DNA from: Clostridia bacterium
Lineage (GTDB): Bacteria > Bacillota > Clostridia > Christensenellales > Aristaeellaceae
Length of the DNA stretch: 64,000 bases
Assembly (NCBI GenBank): GCA_045591175.1
Contig: JAZNSI010000062.1
Span: forward strand, 5,983 to 69,982
Direction: 5' to 3'
Position numbers and translations under genes: made by a program. The notes under the pieces are model-generated. The model worked only from the letters and a program-made list of their open reading frames with translations. It did not search any database and was not told the DNA's origin. Below, piece by piece: positions 35,784 to 44,520 of this stretch; within the stretch, counting starts at the first letter, position 1, and every line of letters starts with the position of its first letter.

Positions 35784-37688
35784 TCAGGGCACCATCACGC
35801 CGTTTTCGAAGTTGACGATGCCGGTCTCCAGGAAGGACTCCGGGGGATTGTCGCACTTGGCGTAGCCCTTCTTGTACACCAGCTTCTTGAACACGTCCCT
35901 GCGGGCGTCCTCGTCGGTGAGGACGAAGGGGCGGAAGTCGGGGCTGGGCTGGGTCTGACAGGGGATCACCTGCAGGCGCTTGAGCTGCACCTCGCCGTTC
36001 ACCCGCTCATAAGCCAGCTGGAAGATGCCCGTGGACGGATCCACCTGGGACATGGTGCCGAAGGTGAAATTGCCGGTAGAGAACATGATCGGCTTGCCCA
36101 TGTAGAAGATGATGGGCTGGATCACATGGGGATGATGTCCCCAGATGACGTCCGCGCCGGCCTTGATGGCCTCCTTGGCGAAAATCACCTGACCTGAGGT
36201 GGGCGTCATGTGGGTCTCGCGGCCCCAGTGCAGGCTGACGATGACCACATCGCAGCCCTTCTCCTCCTTGAGGATCTTCACGCGGTTGGCAATGCGCTTC
36301 TGGTCGGAATCGCTGGGGTAGCTGAAGCCCATAAAGCCGAAGCGGATGCCGTTGATCTCCCGAACCAGCAGGTCGTCATAACCGTCGTCCTGCCAGGGGT
36401 AGATGGTACCGAAGTAGTCCACCTCCGCCGCCGTCAGCACGTCCAGGGTATCCTGATAGCCGTCCCGGTGGAAGTCCATGCAATGGTTGTTGACGCTGTT
36501 GACCACCTCCACGCTGCCCTCCAGGAGGACGTTGACGTGATCCGGCGCACCCACCATGTTGTACATCTTGTCCGTATGGGCGCGGCGCTCGGTGAATACG
36601 ACCTCCAGGTTAGCCACCGTCAGGTCATCCGCCGCCAGGTACTCGTTCACCAGGGAGAAGGGCCAGGCATAGCCCTTTTCGTCAATGGTGTTGTGATAAG
36701 AGCTGTCGTAGGTGGCGTACTGCTCGGAATCGCCGATGGAGCAGTCGCCCACAAAGGACAACAGCACCTCGCCCTCCGCAGAAGGTGCGGGCGTGGCGGT
36801 GGGCTCCGCCGTGGGGGCAGGCGCGGCCGTCAGCTCCACCACAGGCGCCTGAACAGCTTCCTCCTCGGGAGCAGCCGCAGCTTCCGGCGCGGGCGTGGCC
36901 GTCGCGGTGGGCGCAGGCACAGGCGTGGCGTCACCGGTATAGGTCAGGATAAAGGGCTTCTGCCGGGTGCCTTCGCCGCCAGTGACCTCCAGCTCGGTCA
37001 TGTCCACCCGGATGGCCAGGCGCAGGCCCACATTTGTGCGGGTGTAGCCGCCCCAGCTCAGGTGGCCGTCAAAACCCACCAGGGCCAGGCGGTAGGCTTC
37101 CTCATCCTTGATATCCGCCGCCCAGTAGGACACCTTGCCGTTGTTGTCAGAGTACAGGCCCTTCGTCCGGACGGCGTAAGGCGTGCCGGCTGCCTGACGG
37201 GAGGGCTGCTCGCCCCAGGTATTGGCGGAGAATCCGTAGTCGGGATTTCGCAGCTCATCCATGTTCAGGATGAACAGCTCGCCGCGGGTCTCGTCGGGGA
37301 TGAGCAGGCTGCGCACCGGATCACCGCCAAAGAGCGTCTCGATGCACACCGTGTTCAGCCAGGGCATCAGGTCGCTCTCCTCATAGCAGGTGATGCGGCG
37401 ATAATCATAATTGTCCATCTTCTTCTGATCCGTCTCGAAGATGACCTGCTGGGTATCGATCACATATTCGGTGATCAGCAGTGCCACATTGTCCTTGATC
37501 TCCAGCACGCGCCAGAGCACCGGAGCCACCTTGCCGTTTTTCTCATAAGGATACTGACCCAGCTGGACAAACTTCCAGCCATGTCCCTTCCAGTAGCCGC
37601 GCAGCTCCGTATCATCCTCAGCCATGGCAGGCACGCTCAGCAGCATCAGCAGCGCCAGCAGCCAGATCAACGCCTTCTTCAATCGCAT
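35784..37688 (-). CDS. Secreted fusion: N-terminal WRVL..ALLITEYV domain (DUF6273-like), Pro/Ala/Thr linker, C-terminal CapA/PGA_cap metallophosphatase-like domain
   Basis: Signal peptide MRLKKALIWLLALLMLLSVPAMA; linker TPVPAPTATATPAPEAAAAPEEE..; SFVGDCSIGD..ANLEVV..NNHCMDF..VSLHWGRE. Confidence 0.8.
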   Translation of the reverse strand: MRLKKALIWLLALLMLLSVPAMAEDDTELRGYWKGHGWKFVQLGQYPYEKNGKVAPVLWRVLEIKDNVALLITEYVIDTQQVIFETDQKKMDNYDYRRITCYEESDLMPWLNTVCIETLFGGDPVRSLLIPDETRGELFILNMDELRNPDYGFSANTWGEQPSRQAAGTPYAVRTKGLYSDNNGKVSYWAADIKDEEAYRLALVGFDGHLSWGGYTRTNVGLRLAIRVDMTELEVTGGEGTRQKPFILTYTGDATPVPAPTATATPAPEAAAAPEEEAVQAPVVELTAAPAPTAEPTATPAPSAEGEVLLSFVGDCSIGDSEQYATYDSSYHNTIDEKGYAWPFSLVNEYLAADDLTVANLEVVFTERRAHTDKMYNMVGAPDHVNVLLEGSVEVVNSVNNHCMDFHRDGYQDTLDVLTAAEVDYFGTIYPWQDDGYDDLLVREINGIRFGFMGFSYPSDSDQKRIANRVKILKEEKGCDVVIVSLHWGRETHMTPTSGQVIFAKEAIKAGADVIWGHHPHVIQPIIFYMGKPIMFSTGNFTFGTMSQVDPSTGIFQLAYERVNGEVQLKRLQVIPCQTQPSPDFRPFVLTDEDARRDVFKKLVYKKGYAKCDNPPESFLETGIVNFENGVMVP

Positions 37689-37754
37689 TTTTCCATGCTC
37701 CTCATTTCCTTTGCAGCCGAAAAGCACAGCGGAATCGCCATACTTTTTCATTTT

Positions 37755-37783
37755 ACAATATCATTTTTCCGCGGATTTTTCAA
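37755..37783 (-). promoter_or_regulatory. Candidate promoter of CapA-fusion/DUF2233/Lgt operon
   Basis: Minus strand TTGAAA-17 nt-TATTGT with TGa extended -10. Confidence 0.4.
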
Positions 37784-37832
37784 GCCCTTCGCCCGGTTTT
37801 CTCCGGCTTTTCTGCACATTTTACAATTAAGC

Positions 37833-37863
37833 AAAAAAGCGCCGCCCGGTCACGCCGGACGGC
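37833..37863 (-). terminator. Terminator after xth
   Basis: Minus strand GCCGTCCGGC..ACCGGGCGGC stem then TTTTTT. Confidence 0.7.
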
Positions 37864-37879
37864 TCATGTTCCTGTTCGC

Positions 37880-38632
37880 TTATTCGATGACCAGCTCCAC
37901 CGGGCAGTGGTCGGAGCCCATCACATCCGGGTGGATGCAGGCGCTTTGCAGACAGTCCAATAGCTTCTCGGAGGCGATGAAATAGTCAATGCGCCAGCCG
38001 ACGTTCTTCTCCCGCGCATGGAACATGTAGCTCCACCAGGTGTAGGCGTCGGTCTGGTCGGGGTGGAAGTGGCGGAAGGTGTCCACATAGCCCGCGTCGA
38101 TCACCGCGGTGAGCTTGTCGCGCTCCTCCTGGGTGAAGCCGGCGTTGCGGGTGTTGGACTTGGGGTTCTTGAGGTCGATGGGCTTGTGGGCCACATTCAA
38201 GTCGCCGCAGTAGATGACGGGCTTGTGCTGCTCCAGCGTCCTGATATATGCGAGGAACGCATCCTCCCAGGTCATGCGGTAGTCCAGGCGGGTCAGCTCG
38301 CGCTGAGAGTTGGGCACATACACGCACACCAGATAGAAATCCGCGTATTCCAGCGTGATGACGCGGCCCTCGTGGTCATGCTCCTCCACGCCAATGCCGT
38401 AGCGGACGGAGAGCGGCTCCACCTTCGTGAAGATCGCCGTGCCGGAGTAGCCCTTCTTCTCGGCATAGTTCCAGTACTGGTGATAACCGGGCAGGTCGAG
38501 GTCATGCTGACCGGCCTGCAGCTTGGTCTCCTGCAGACAGAATACGTCCGCGTCCAGCGCCGCGAAGGCCTCCATGAAGTTCTTGCCGAGGATGGCCCGC
38601 AGGCCGTTGACGTTCCAGGAAATCAGCTTCAT
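37880..38632 (-). CDS. xth: Exodeoxyribonuclease III
   Basis: MKLISWNVNGLRA..CLQETK..GYSGTAIF..DHCPV, 250 aa. Confidence 0.95.
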   Translation of the reverse strand: MKLISWNVNGLRAILGKNFMEAFAALDADVFCLQETKLQAGQHDLDLPGYHQYWNYAEKKGYSGTAIFTKVEPLSVRYGIGVEEHDHEGRVITLEYADFYLVCVYVPNSQRELTRLDYRMTWEDAFLAYIRTLEQHKPVIYCGDLNVAHKPIDLKNPKSNTRNAGFTQEERDKLTAVIDAGYVDTFRHFHPDQTDAYTWWSYMFHAREKNVGWRIDYFIASEKLLDCLQSACIHPDVMGSDHCPVELVIE

Positions 38633-38654
38633 TTATGTGAGTCTCCTTATCTCT

Positions 38655-38815
38655 TTCACTTCTCGGAACGCAGGGATTCCACCTCTGCGGAGGCGGCCAA
38701 AGGGCTTTCCGTCATCCAACATCGCTTGAAGCTTTGCCTTCGGCAACTCCCCACTGGGGAGTCGCTTCTGCGCAATGCCCTTTGGAAACCTTCGGAGGCT
38801 CCGTTGCTTGGTTGA
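38655..38815. repeat. Mosaic repeat copy in the GH26-like/xth spacer
   Basis: CCACCTCTGCGGAGG (cf. CCTCCGCAGGAGG module), CTCCCCACTGGGGAG, CCTTCGGAGG hairpins. Confidence 0.55.
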
Positions 38816-38848
38816 TTTATACCAGCATTTTGAGCAAATGAAACCTGA

Positions 38849-40261
38849 TCAGCCCACAACGCCCGGCGCCTGATACCGGATGCGCATCTTGGGCGCTTCC
38901 TCCAGGGTGGCGCGGTAGTTGATGTTCCAGTCCACGCTGCCGTCGTTGACGTTCAGGCCGTCGGCGGGGGGCGCGAAGAGCTTCATCGTCAGCGTGCAGG
39001 GGCCGTCGAGGGGCTTGTCGAAGAAGGCGCTCATCATGTCGATGGTCTTCACACCGGGCGCCTTGTAGAACCAGCGGCCGTTCAGCTCCACCATCAGACC
39101 GATATTCTGCTCCACGGTCATCTCGCAGAACTCGGGATTGCCCTCAAATTCGATCGGAATGGCCAGGCCGTCCGCGTCCTCGGAGCTGCCCCAGCGCAGC
39201 TTGGCCGGGAAGGAGACTTCCTCCCCTTCCTCCATTTTGGGCATAAACCAGGGATCATTCAGCACCTCATCGCGGTACATCTTCAGCATGGGCTGCTCGA
39301 TGCCCACCGCGTCGTTGTTGGGATCCTCGATCTCCAGGCCCAGACGGCCGCGGTCGCGGAACTGGTACATGCTGATGGACTTGAACCAATCCACCTTGTT
39401 ATCGCGCCAGTAGTGGGCAAAGCGCACCACGCTCTCGCCCTGCATGCGGGGGCCGGTGACGTCGCCATCGGTGTTGAATTCAGCGGTGATCATGGGCTTG
39501 GGCACGGGGGTCAGCTCGCAGGCGCGCTTGTAGGTGCGGGTGAACTGATCCACCAGCTTCTGCACGGAGTCGGCCTTCCAGCTCCTCTGGACATTCTCCG
39601 GCTCCGCCACGTCCACGGGCCAGCCGTAGTGCAGCGCCAGGTAGGTGTCGCAGCTCCAGAAATCCGCCACGTCGTAGCAGTTCTTGAAGGCCTCTTCCTG
39701 CTCCATGTGGCCGTCTTCCTTGCCCCAGCCGCCGCAGAAGATGATGCGCACATTGGGGGCTTCCTCGCGGATGATGCCCGCGAACTTCACAAAGAACGCG
39801 CCGACCTGCTCATAGGTGTAGCGCTTGTTGTGCTGGAACCAGCTGCCGCAGCACTCGTGGTTGATGCGGATCATCATACGGCCATAGGGGCGCAGCTGAC
39901 GGGCCACCTCGCGCAGCTGCTCGTCGGACAGACCGCAGTCCAGCGTCAGGGTCAGCAGGACTTCCTGGCCATGCTTGCGGATATCCGCCATCTGGTCAAA
40001 GGGATGGCCATCCGCGCCGTAGGGGAAGTAATCGTCGTAGGGGTAATCCCACGCGCCGGAGATGTCCTTGTCCTTGTAGTACTTGGAGATGCGCGCGGGC
40101 CACTCCTTGTCGTTGGGATAGTAGGTGTACATGATGTTCACGCCGCGGTGCGGACGGCCCAGCTTATGCAGGATGTAGTCCTGGTTGACATACTCGGCGC
40201 GTTCGCTGCCGTCGCCCAGGTCGAGGGAACAGTTGGCGGGGCCCATGTGGAGGTGCTTCAT
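38849..40261 (-). CDS. Cytoplasmic TIM-barrel glycoside-hydrolase-like protein (GH26-like/clan GH-A) with C-terminal beta-rich domain
   Basis: 470 aa, no signal peptide; IRINHECCGSWFQHN resembles the GH26 acid/base block (HEMNGxWFWW), ITAEFNTDGD a possible nucleophile block; AAAGGAG before ATG 40261. Confidence 0.55.
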   Translation of the reverse strand: MKHLHMGPANCSLDLGDGSERAEYVNQDYILHKLGRPHRGVNIMYTYYPNDKEWPARISKYYKDKDISGAWDYPYDDYFPYGADGHPFDQMADIRKHGQEVLLTLTLDCGLSDEQLREVARQLRPYGRMMIRINHECCGSWFQHNKRYTYEQVGAFFVKFAGIIREEAPNVRIIFCGGWGKEDGHMEQEEAFKNCYDVADFWSCDTYLALHYGWPVDVAEPENVQRSWKADSVQKLVDQFTRTYKRACELTPVPKPMITAEFNTDGDVTGPRMQGESVVRFAHYWRDNKVDWFKSISMYQFRDRGRLGLEIEDPNNDAVGIEQPMLKMYRDEVLNDPWFMPKMEEGEEVSFPAKLRWGSSEDADGLAIPIEFEGNPEFCEMTVEQNIGLMVELNGRWFYKAPGVKTIDMMSAFFDKPLDGPCTLTMKLFAPPADGLNVNDGSVDWNINYRATLEEAPKMRIRYQAPGVVG

Positions 40262-40269
40262 AGTATGTT

Positions 40270-40628
40270 TCTCCTTTCGTGGGGTGCCTCCGGCGGGCAG
40301 GGCGCTGCCCTGCACCTGCGAAGGGTCTTCGACCCTCTCGACACCCGCTTCGCGATTGAGTTGCGTGGTTCCTTTGGGGTTGAACGCGCGTGTTGGTACA
40401 CGCGGGTGTGAAGTTGACTAACCGCGCTCGCTATCGCGCGGGCTACATGGCTGCGCGATCATGCGGCGCTTTTAGTTTCTGAACACATGGTTGTGTGAGC
40501 TTTGGCTCGGATCTGTGAACAAGTTCACAGAGTCCTCGCGTCGCGCTACCTCGTCTGTTCTATCACAGTAGTGAGAGGCGGCGACCTCCTGCGGAGGCCG
40601 ACGAGATAGTGTCGGCACTGATTTCGTA
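40270..40628 (-). repeat. Long mosaic stem-loop element filling the pepP-like/GH26-like spacer
   Basis: Colinear with 16500-16860 when read on minus strand (see finding). Confidence 0.8.
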
Positions 40629-42413
40629 TCAGATCGCCCTCGTCGCATCCGCCAGCCAGACATTCTCCTCGGCGGTCATGTAGGGCGCGAGGGTCTTGCG
40701 GACTTTCGCGTGGTAGGCGTTCAGCAACGCGCGGCACTCGTCTCCCAGCAGTTCGGGGATGATGGCATCCAGGTCGAAGGGCACCATGGTCAGCGTCTCA
40801 AAGCGCAGGAAGCGGCCGTAGCCGTTGGTGGTGACCTCCTTGACCGCGGTCAGGTTCTCCAGGCGCACGCCGAAGGCGCCCTCCAGGTAGAAGCCCGGCT
40901 CGTTGGAGGTGATCATGCCGACCTCCAGGGGGTGGCTGCTGGCGCTGGACCAATGGATGCGCTGCGGGCCCTCGTGGACGCTGAGGATGTAGCCCACGCC
41001 GTGGCCGGTGCCGTGGTTGTAGTCGGCCTCCAGCCGCCACAGGGGCTCGCGGGCCAGGTAGTCCAGGTTCGCGCCGGTGCATCCGGCCTTCCACTGGGCA
41101 TTGCCAAGCTGCAGGTTGCCCTTGAGCACCAGGGTGTAGAAGCGCTTCTCGTCATCCGTCAGCTCACCCAGGGCATAGGTGCGGGTGATGTCCGTGCTGC
41201 CCTCGATGAAGTGGGCGCCGGTGTCGCTGAGCAGGAAGGACTTCGCCTCCAGCTTCGCGCAGGATTCTTTCGTCGCGGAATAATGCACGATTGCGCCGTG
41301 TGCGCCATATCCCATAATAGGCTCGAAGCTCAGGCAGATGTAGCCAGGCTGTTCCTTGCGGAATTCCTCCAGTTTCTCCGCCACGCTGATCTCGTCCATG
41401 GGGATCTTGCCCACGTTGGTCTTCACCCAGCGCATGAACTTCGTCACCGCCGCGCCGTCCTTGATGTGGGCGATGCGGAAGTTGTCGACTTCCTTCTCAT
41501 TCTTGCAGGCCTTGGGCAGGGTGGTGGGGCTCACCTTGTCGATGACCTGCACATTGACGGGCACGCAGGTTTTCAGCTTGCTGTTGACCACGTTCAGGTT
41601 CATCATGACCTTGCAGCCGTCTGCCAGGCTGCGGACATAATCGTACACATCCTCATAATTGCGGATGGTCACGCCGTCATTCTCCAAATTGCGGCGGATC
41701 TCATCGCTCAGCACCGCCGGGTTGACGAACAGCACCGCTTCATCCGCCGTGACCGCCGCGAAGGACAGCATCACGGGCGTGCAGGCCACGTCCGCGCCGC
41801 GCAGGTTCATCAGCCAGCATACGTCCATCAGGCTCGCGATAACCACCGCGTCCGCATTTTCCTTGGCCAGGGCTGCGCGGAGATCCATCAGCTTTTCCGC
41901 GCGGGACTTGCCCACCACGTCCGCCGCCAGCTCGAAGGCGGGCTCGGCCGAAAGGGCGGGGCGATCCATCCAGATCTCTCCCACCAGGTCATCCTCGCAG
42001 GCGATGGACGCGCCGCACTTCTCAGCAAGTTGACGCAGGACCATCTCCTGACGGGTGGACACCACACGGCCGTCAAAGCCCAGCACATGGCCCTTCTGCA
42101 GGTGCTTCCCGAGGTACTCGTTCAGCGTGGGAACGCCGGGCTCGCCCATCTTCATCAGCTCGATGCCGGAGCCTTCCAGCTGCTCCGCCGCCTGCAGGAA
42201 ATAACGGCCGTCCGTCCACAGGCCGGCCCATTCCTTGCCCACCAGCAGCGTGCCGGCGCTGCCGGTAAAGCCGCTGACCCACTTGCGGGACTTGAAGTGG
42301 TCGGACAGATACTCCGAGCCATGGAAGTCGTTGGAGGGAATAAGGCAGTAATCCACGCCGTGCTTTGCCATCACCGCGCGCAGGTCGATCAGCTGCTGAC
42401 GCATTTGGTTCAT
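40629..42413 (-). CDS. Aminopeptidase P family (M24B) with creatinase-like N-terminal domains
   Basis: 594 aa; SGFTGSAGT, DTGAHF, HGTGHGVG, NEPG, ENL motifs; ATG 42404 is an alternative start. Confidence 0.9.
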   Translation of the reverse strand: MNQMRQQLIDLRAVMAKHGVDYCLIPSNDFHGSEYLSDHFKSRKWVSGFTGSAGTLLVGKEWAGLWTDGRYFLQAAEQLEGSGIELMKMGEPGVPTLNEYLGKHLQKGHVLGFDGRVVSTRQEMVLRQLAEKCGASIACEDDLVGEIWMDRPALSAEPAFELAADVVGKSRAEKLMDLRAALAKENADAVVIASLMDVCWLMNLRGADVACTPVMLSFAAVTADEAVLFVNPAVLSDEIRRNLENDGVTIRNYEDVYDYVRSLADGCKVMMNLNVVNSKLKTCVPVNVQVIDKVSPTTLPKACKNEKEVDNFRIAHIKDGAAVTKFMRWVKTNVGKIPMDEISVAEKLEEFRKEQPGYICLSFEPIMGYGAHGAIVHYSATKESCAKLEAKSFLLSDTGAHFIEGSTDITRTYALGELTDDEKRFYTLVLKGNLQLGNAQWKAGCTGANLDYLAREPLWRLEADYNHGTGHGVGYILSVHEGPQRIHWSSASSHPLEVGMITSNEPGFYLEGAFGVRLENLTAVKEVTTNGYGRFLRFETLTMVPFDLDAIIPELLGDECRALLNAYHAKVRKTLAPYMTAEENVWLADATRAI

Positions 42414-42518
42414 ATCCTTTCATCGGCGGACTTTCGTCCGGTTCATTCTGCCCACCAGTATACCATCATTTACTGGATTTCGCAAGGCGGGCGGACGGTA
42501 TCTCTTGTGTATTCCGCA

Positions 42519-42547
42519 TTGACTTTACTGCGGTGATGCAGTAAAAT
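42519..42547 (+). promoter_or_regulatory. Promoter of cysE
   Basis: TTGACT-17 nt-TAAAAT; perfect 8-bp inverted repeat TTTACTGC-6-GCAGTAAA (42524-42545) spans spacer and -10. Confidence 0.6.
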
Positions 42548-42581
42548 GCAGGTATTCCCCCCAGGGAAAGGAGGATTCCCC

Positions 42582-43502
42582 ATGAGTGACAGTTCCCGCA
42601 CCATTGCCGCGTCCATCACCGCGCTGACCGACGCGCTGCTTTCCGACTATGCCAACGGCCGTGACATCGACCGCATCGAGCCCTACTCCCAGCCGGACAG
42701 GGAGATCATCATCGACCTGATCGGCAAGATGAAGCGGCTGCTGTTCCCCGGTTATTTCCGCGATCCCAGCCAGCGGGTATACAACATCCGCCACAGCCTG
42801 GCCGTGCTGATGGAGGACGTAGCCTTCCACCTGGGCCGTCAGATTGCCATTGCGCTGCGTCTTGGCGCATCGGTGGACGCCGAGCGCGCCCGCGTGCTGG
42901 ACGCCCAGGCCCAGGAGCTGACGGTGCAGTTCCTGGAGCGGCTGCCGGAAGTCCGCGCACTGCTCCAGACCGACCTGGAGGCCTTCTTTGACGGCGACCC
43001 CGCCGCCACCTCCCTGGACGAGATCATCATCGCCTATCCCGGCATTTTCGCCATCATGGTCAACCGGGTAGCCCATGTGCTCTTTGAGCTGGGCGTGCCC
43101 CTCATCCCCCGCATCATGACCGAGCATGCCCACTCCCGCACCGGCATCGACATCCACCCCGGCGCGACCATCGGGCGGTACTTCTTCATCGACCACGGCA
43201 CCGGCATCGTCATCGGCGAAACCACGGTGATCGGCGAAAACGTGAAGATCTACCAGGGCGTGACCCTGGGCGCCCTTTCCACCCGCGGCGGACAGAGCCT
43301 GCGGGGCAAGCGCCGCCATCCCACCATTGAGGACCGGGTGACGATCTACTCCGGCGCGTCGGTTTTGGGCGGCGATACCGTCATCGGGCATGACGCGGTC
43401 ATTGGGGGCAATGCCTTCATCACCTCCTCCATCGCGCCTGGCACCCGCGTGTCGGTCAAGAATCAGGAGCTGGAGATGCGGCCCGACAAGACTGCCTGGT
43501 GA
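42582..43502 (+). CDS. cysE: Serine O-acetyltransferase (long EpsC/CysE type)
   Basis: AYPGIFAI..RIMTEHAHSRTGIDIHPGA.IG..FIDHGTGIVIGETTVIG hexapeptide repeats; AAAGGAGG before ATG 42582. Confidence 0.85.
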   Translation: MSDSSRTIAASITALTDALLSDYANGRDIDRIEPYSQPDREIIIDLIGKMKRLLFPGYFRDPSQRVYNIRHSLAVLMEDVAFHLGRQIAIALRLGASVDAERARVLDAQAQELTVQFLERLPEVRALLQTDLEAFFDGDPAATSLDEIIIAYPGIFAIMVNRVAHVLFELGVPLIPRIMTEHAHSRTGIDIHPGATIGRYFFIDHGTGIVIGETTVIGENVKIYQGVTLGALSTRGGQSLRGKRRHPTIEDRVTIYSGASVLGGDTVIGHDAVIGGNAFITSSIAPGTRVSVKNQELEMRPDKTAW

Positions 43503-43532
43503 AAATGACAATCGTTATTCCCAGCGTTCCCC

Positions 43533-43561
43533 TTGCATCAAACCGGATTTGATGGTATGAT
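43533..43561 (+). promoter_or_regulatory. Promoter of DUF3737 gene
   Basis: TTGCAT-17 nt-TATGAT. Confidence 0.6.
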
Positions 43562-43597
43562 ATTCAGGATGTAACAATATCTGCAAGGAGAATCCCC

Positions 43598-44455
43598 ATG
43601 GAACGCTACGAAGCTCTCACGCTGGACGAGGAACGTGCGCTGTACGGTCTGAACGGCGCAGAGGTCGTCCGCTGCAAATTTGAAGGCCCCGCCGACGGAG
43701 AATCCGCGCTGAAGGAGTGCCGCAACGTCCACCTGACCGACTGCGACCTGAAGCTGCGCTACCCCCTGTGGCATGTGTCCGGCGGCTCCCTCACCGACTG
43801 CCGCATGACCGATACCTGCCGCGCCGCGCTGTGGTATGACGACAGCCTCACCATTAAGGACTGCGATCTGGGCGGCATCAAGGCCCTGCGCGAGTGCCGC
43901 GATATCGTGATTGAGGGCGGCACGGGCAACTCCACCGAGTTCGGCTGGATGTGCCGCGACCTGCGCATCCGCGATTTCGCCCTCACCAGCGAGTACCCCT
44001 TCCTCCACACCGAGAACGCCGAGTTCGACGGCTTCCGCCTCAAGGGCAAGTACTCCTTCCAGTACACAAAGAACCTCGTGTTCCGCAACTGCGTGCTGGA
44101 CACCAAGGACGCCTTCTGGCACGCGGAAAACATCACCGTGTATGACAGCGTGGTCAAGGGCGAATACCTGGCCTGGTACTCCACGAACCTGCGCCTGGTG
44201 CGCTGCAAAATCAGCGGCACTCAGCCCCTGTGCTACTGCAAGGGCCTGATCCTGGAGGACTGCACGATGGAGGGCTGCGACCTGTCTTTCGAGAACAGCG
44301 AGGTCACCGCGACGGTGAACGGCCACATCGACAGCGTCAAGAACCCGGTGAAGGGCTCTGTCACGGCGGATTCCATCGGAGAAATCATCATCGACGAGTA
44401 CAAGTGGGCCGGCGATTGCCCCATCACCGTGCGCACCGCGGATGAAATTGCATAA
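43598..44455 (+). CDS. DUF3737 family protein (predicted beta-helix)
   Basis: DEERALYG..GPADGESALKE..LRYPLWH..CRAALWY..GIKALREC..KYSFQY..KDAFWHA..GEYLAWY..GTQPLCYCKGL matches my recollection of DUF3737. Confidence 0.7.
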   Translation: MERYEALTLDEERALYGLNGAEVVRCKFEGPADGESALKECRNVHLTDCDLKLRYPLWHVSGGSLTDCRMTDTCRAALWYDDSLTIKDCDLGGIKALRECRDIVIEGGTGNSTEFGWMCRDLRIRDFALTSEYPFLHTENAEFDGFRLKGKYSFQYTKNLVFRNCVLDTKDAFWHAENITVYDSVVKGEYLAWYSTNLRLVRCKISGTQPLCYCKGLILEDCTMEGCDLSFENSEVTATVNGHIDSVKNPVKGSVTADSIGEIIIDEYKWAGDCPITVRTADEIA

Positions 44456-44464
44456 CAGGCATAT

Positions 44465-44503
44465 GAAAGCGCCGCTTCCTGATCGGAAGCGGCGCCATTT
44501 TAT
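44465..44503. terminator. Bidirectional terminator between DUF3737 (+) and SBP (-)
   Basis: 11-bp perfect stem GCGCCGCTTCC tgatc GGAAGCGGCGC then cATTTTATT. Confidence 0.8.
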
Positions 44504-44520
44504 TGGGGGAAGCCGGAGGC

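Noticed and set aside
37749-37827. The 11-nt direct repeat CATTTTACAAT (37749-37759 and 37817-37827) upstream of the CapA-fusion operon, as a regulator-binding pair.
   Set aside because: There are only two copies in AT-rich promoter DNA. The first overlaps the probable -10 region, so the similarity may simply reflect two promoter-like sequences. There is not enough support.
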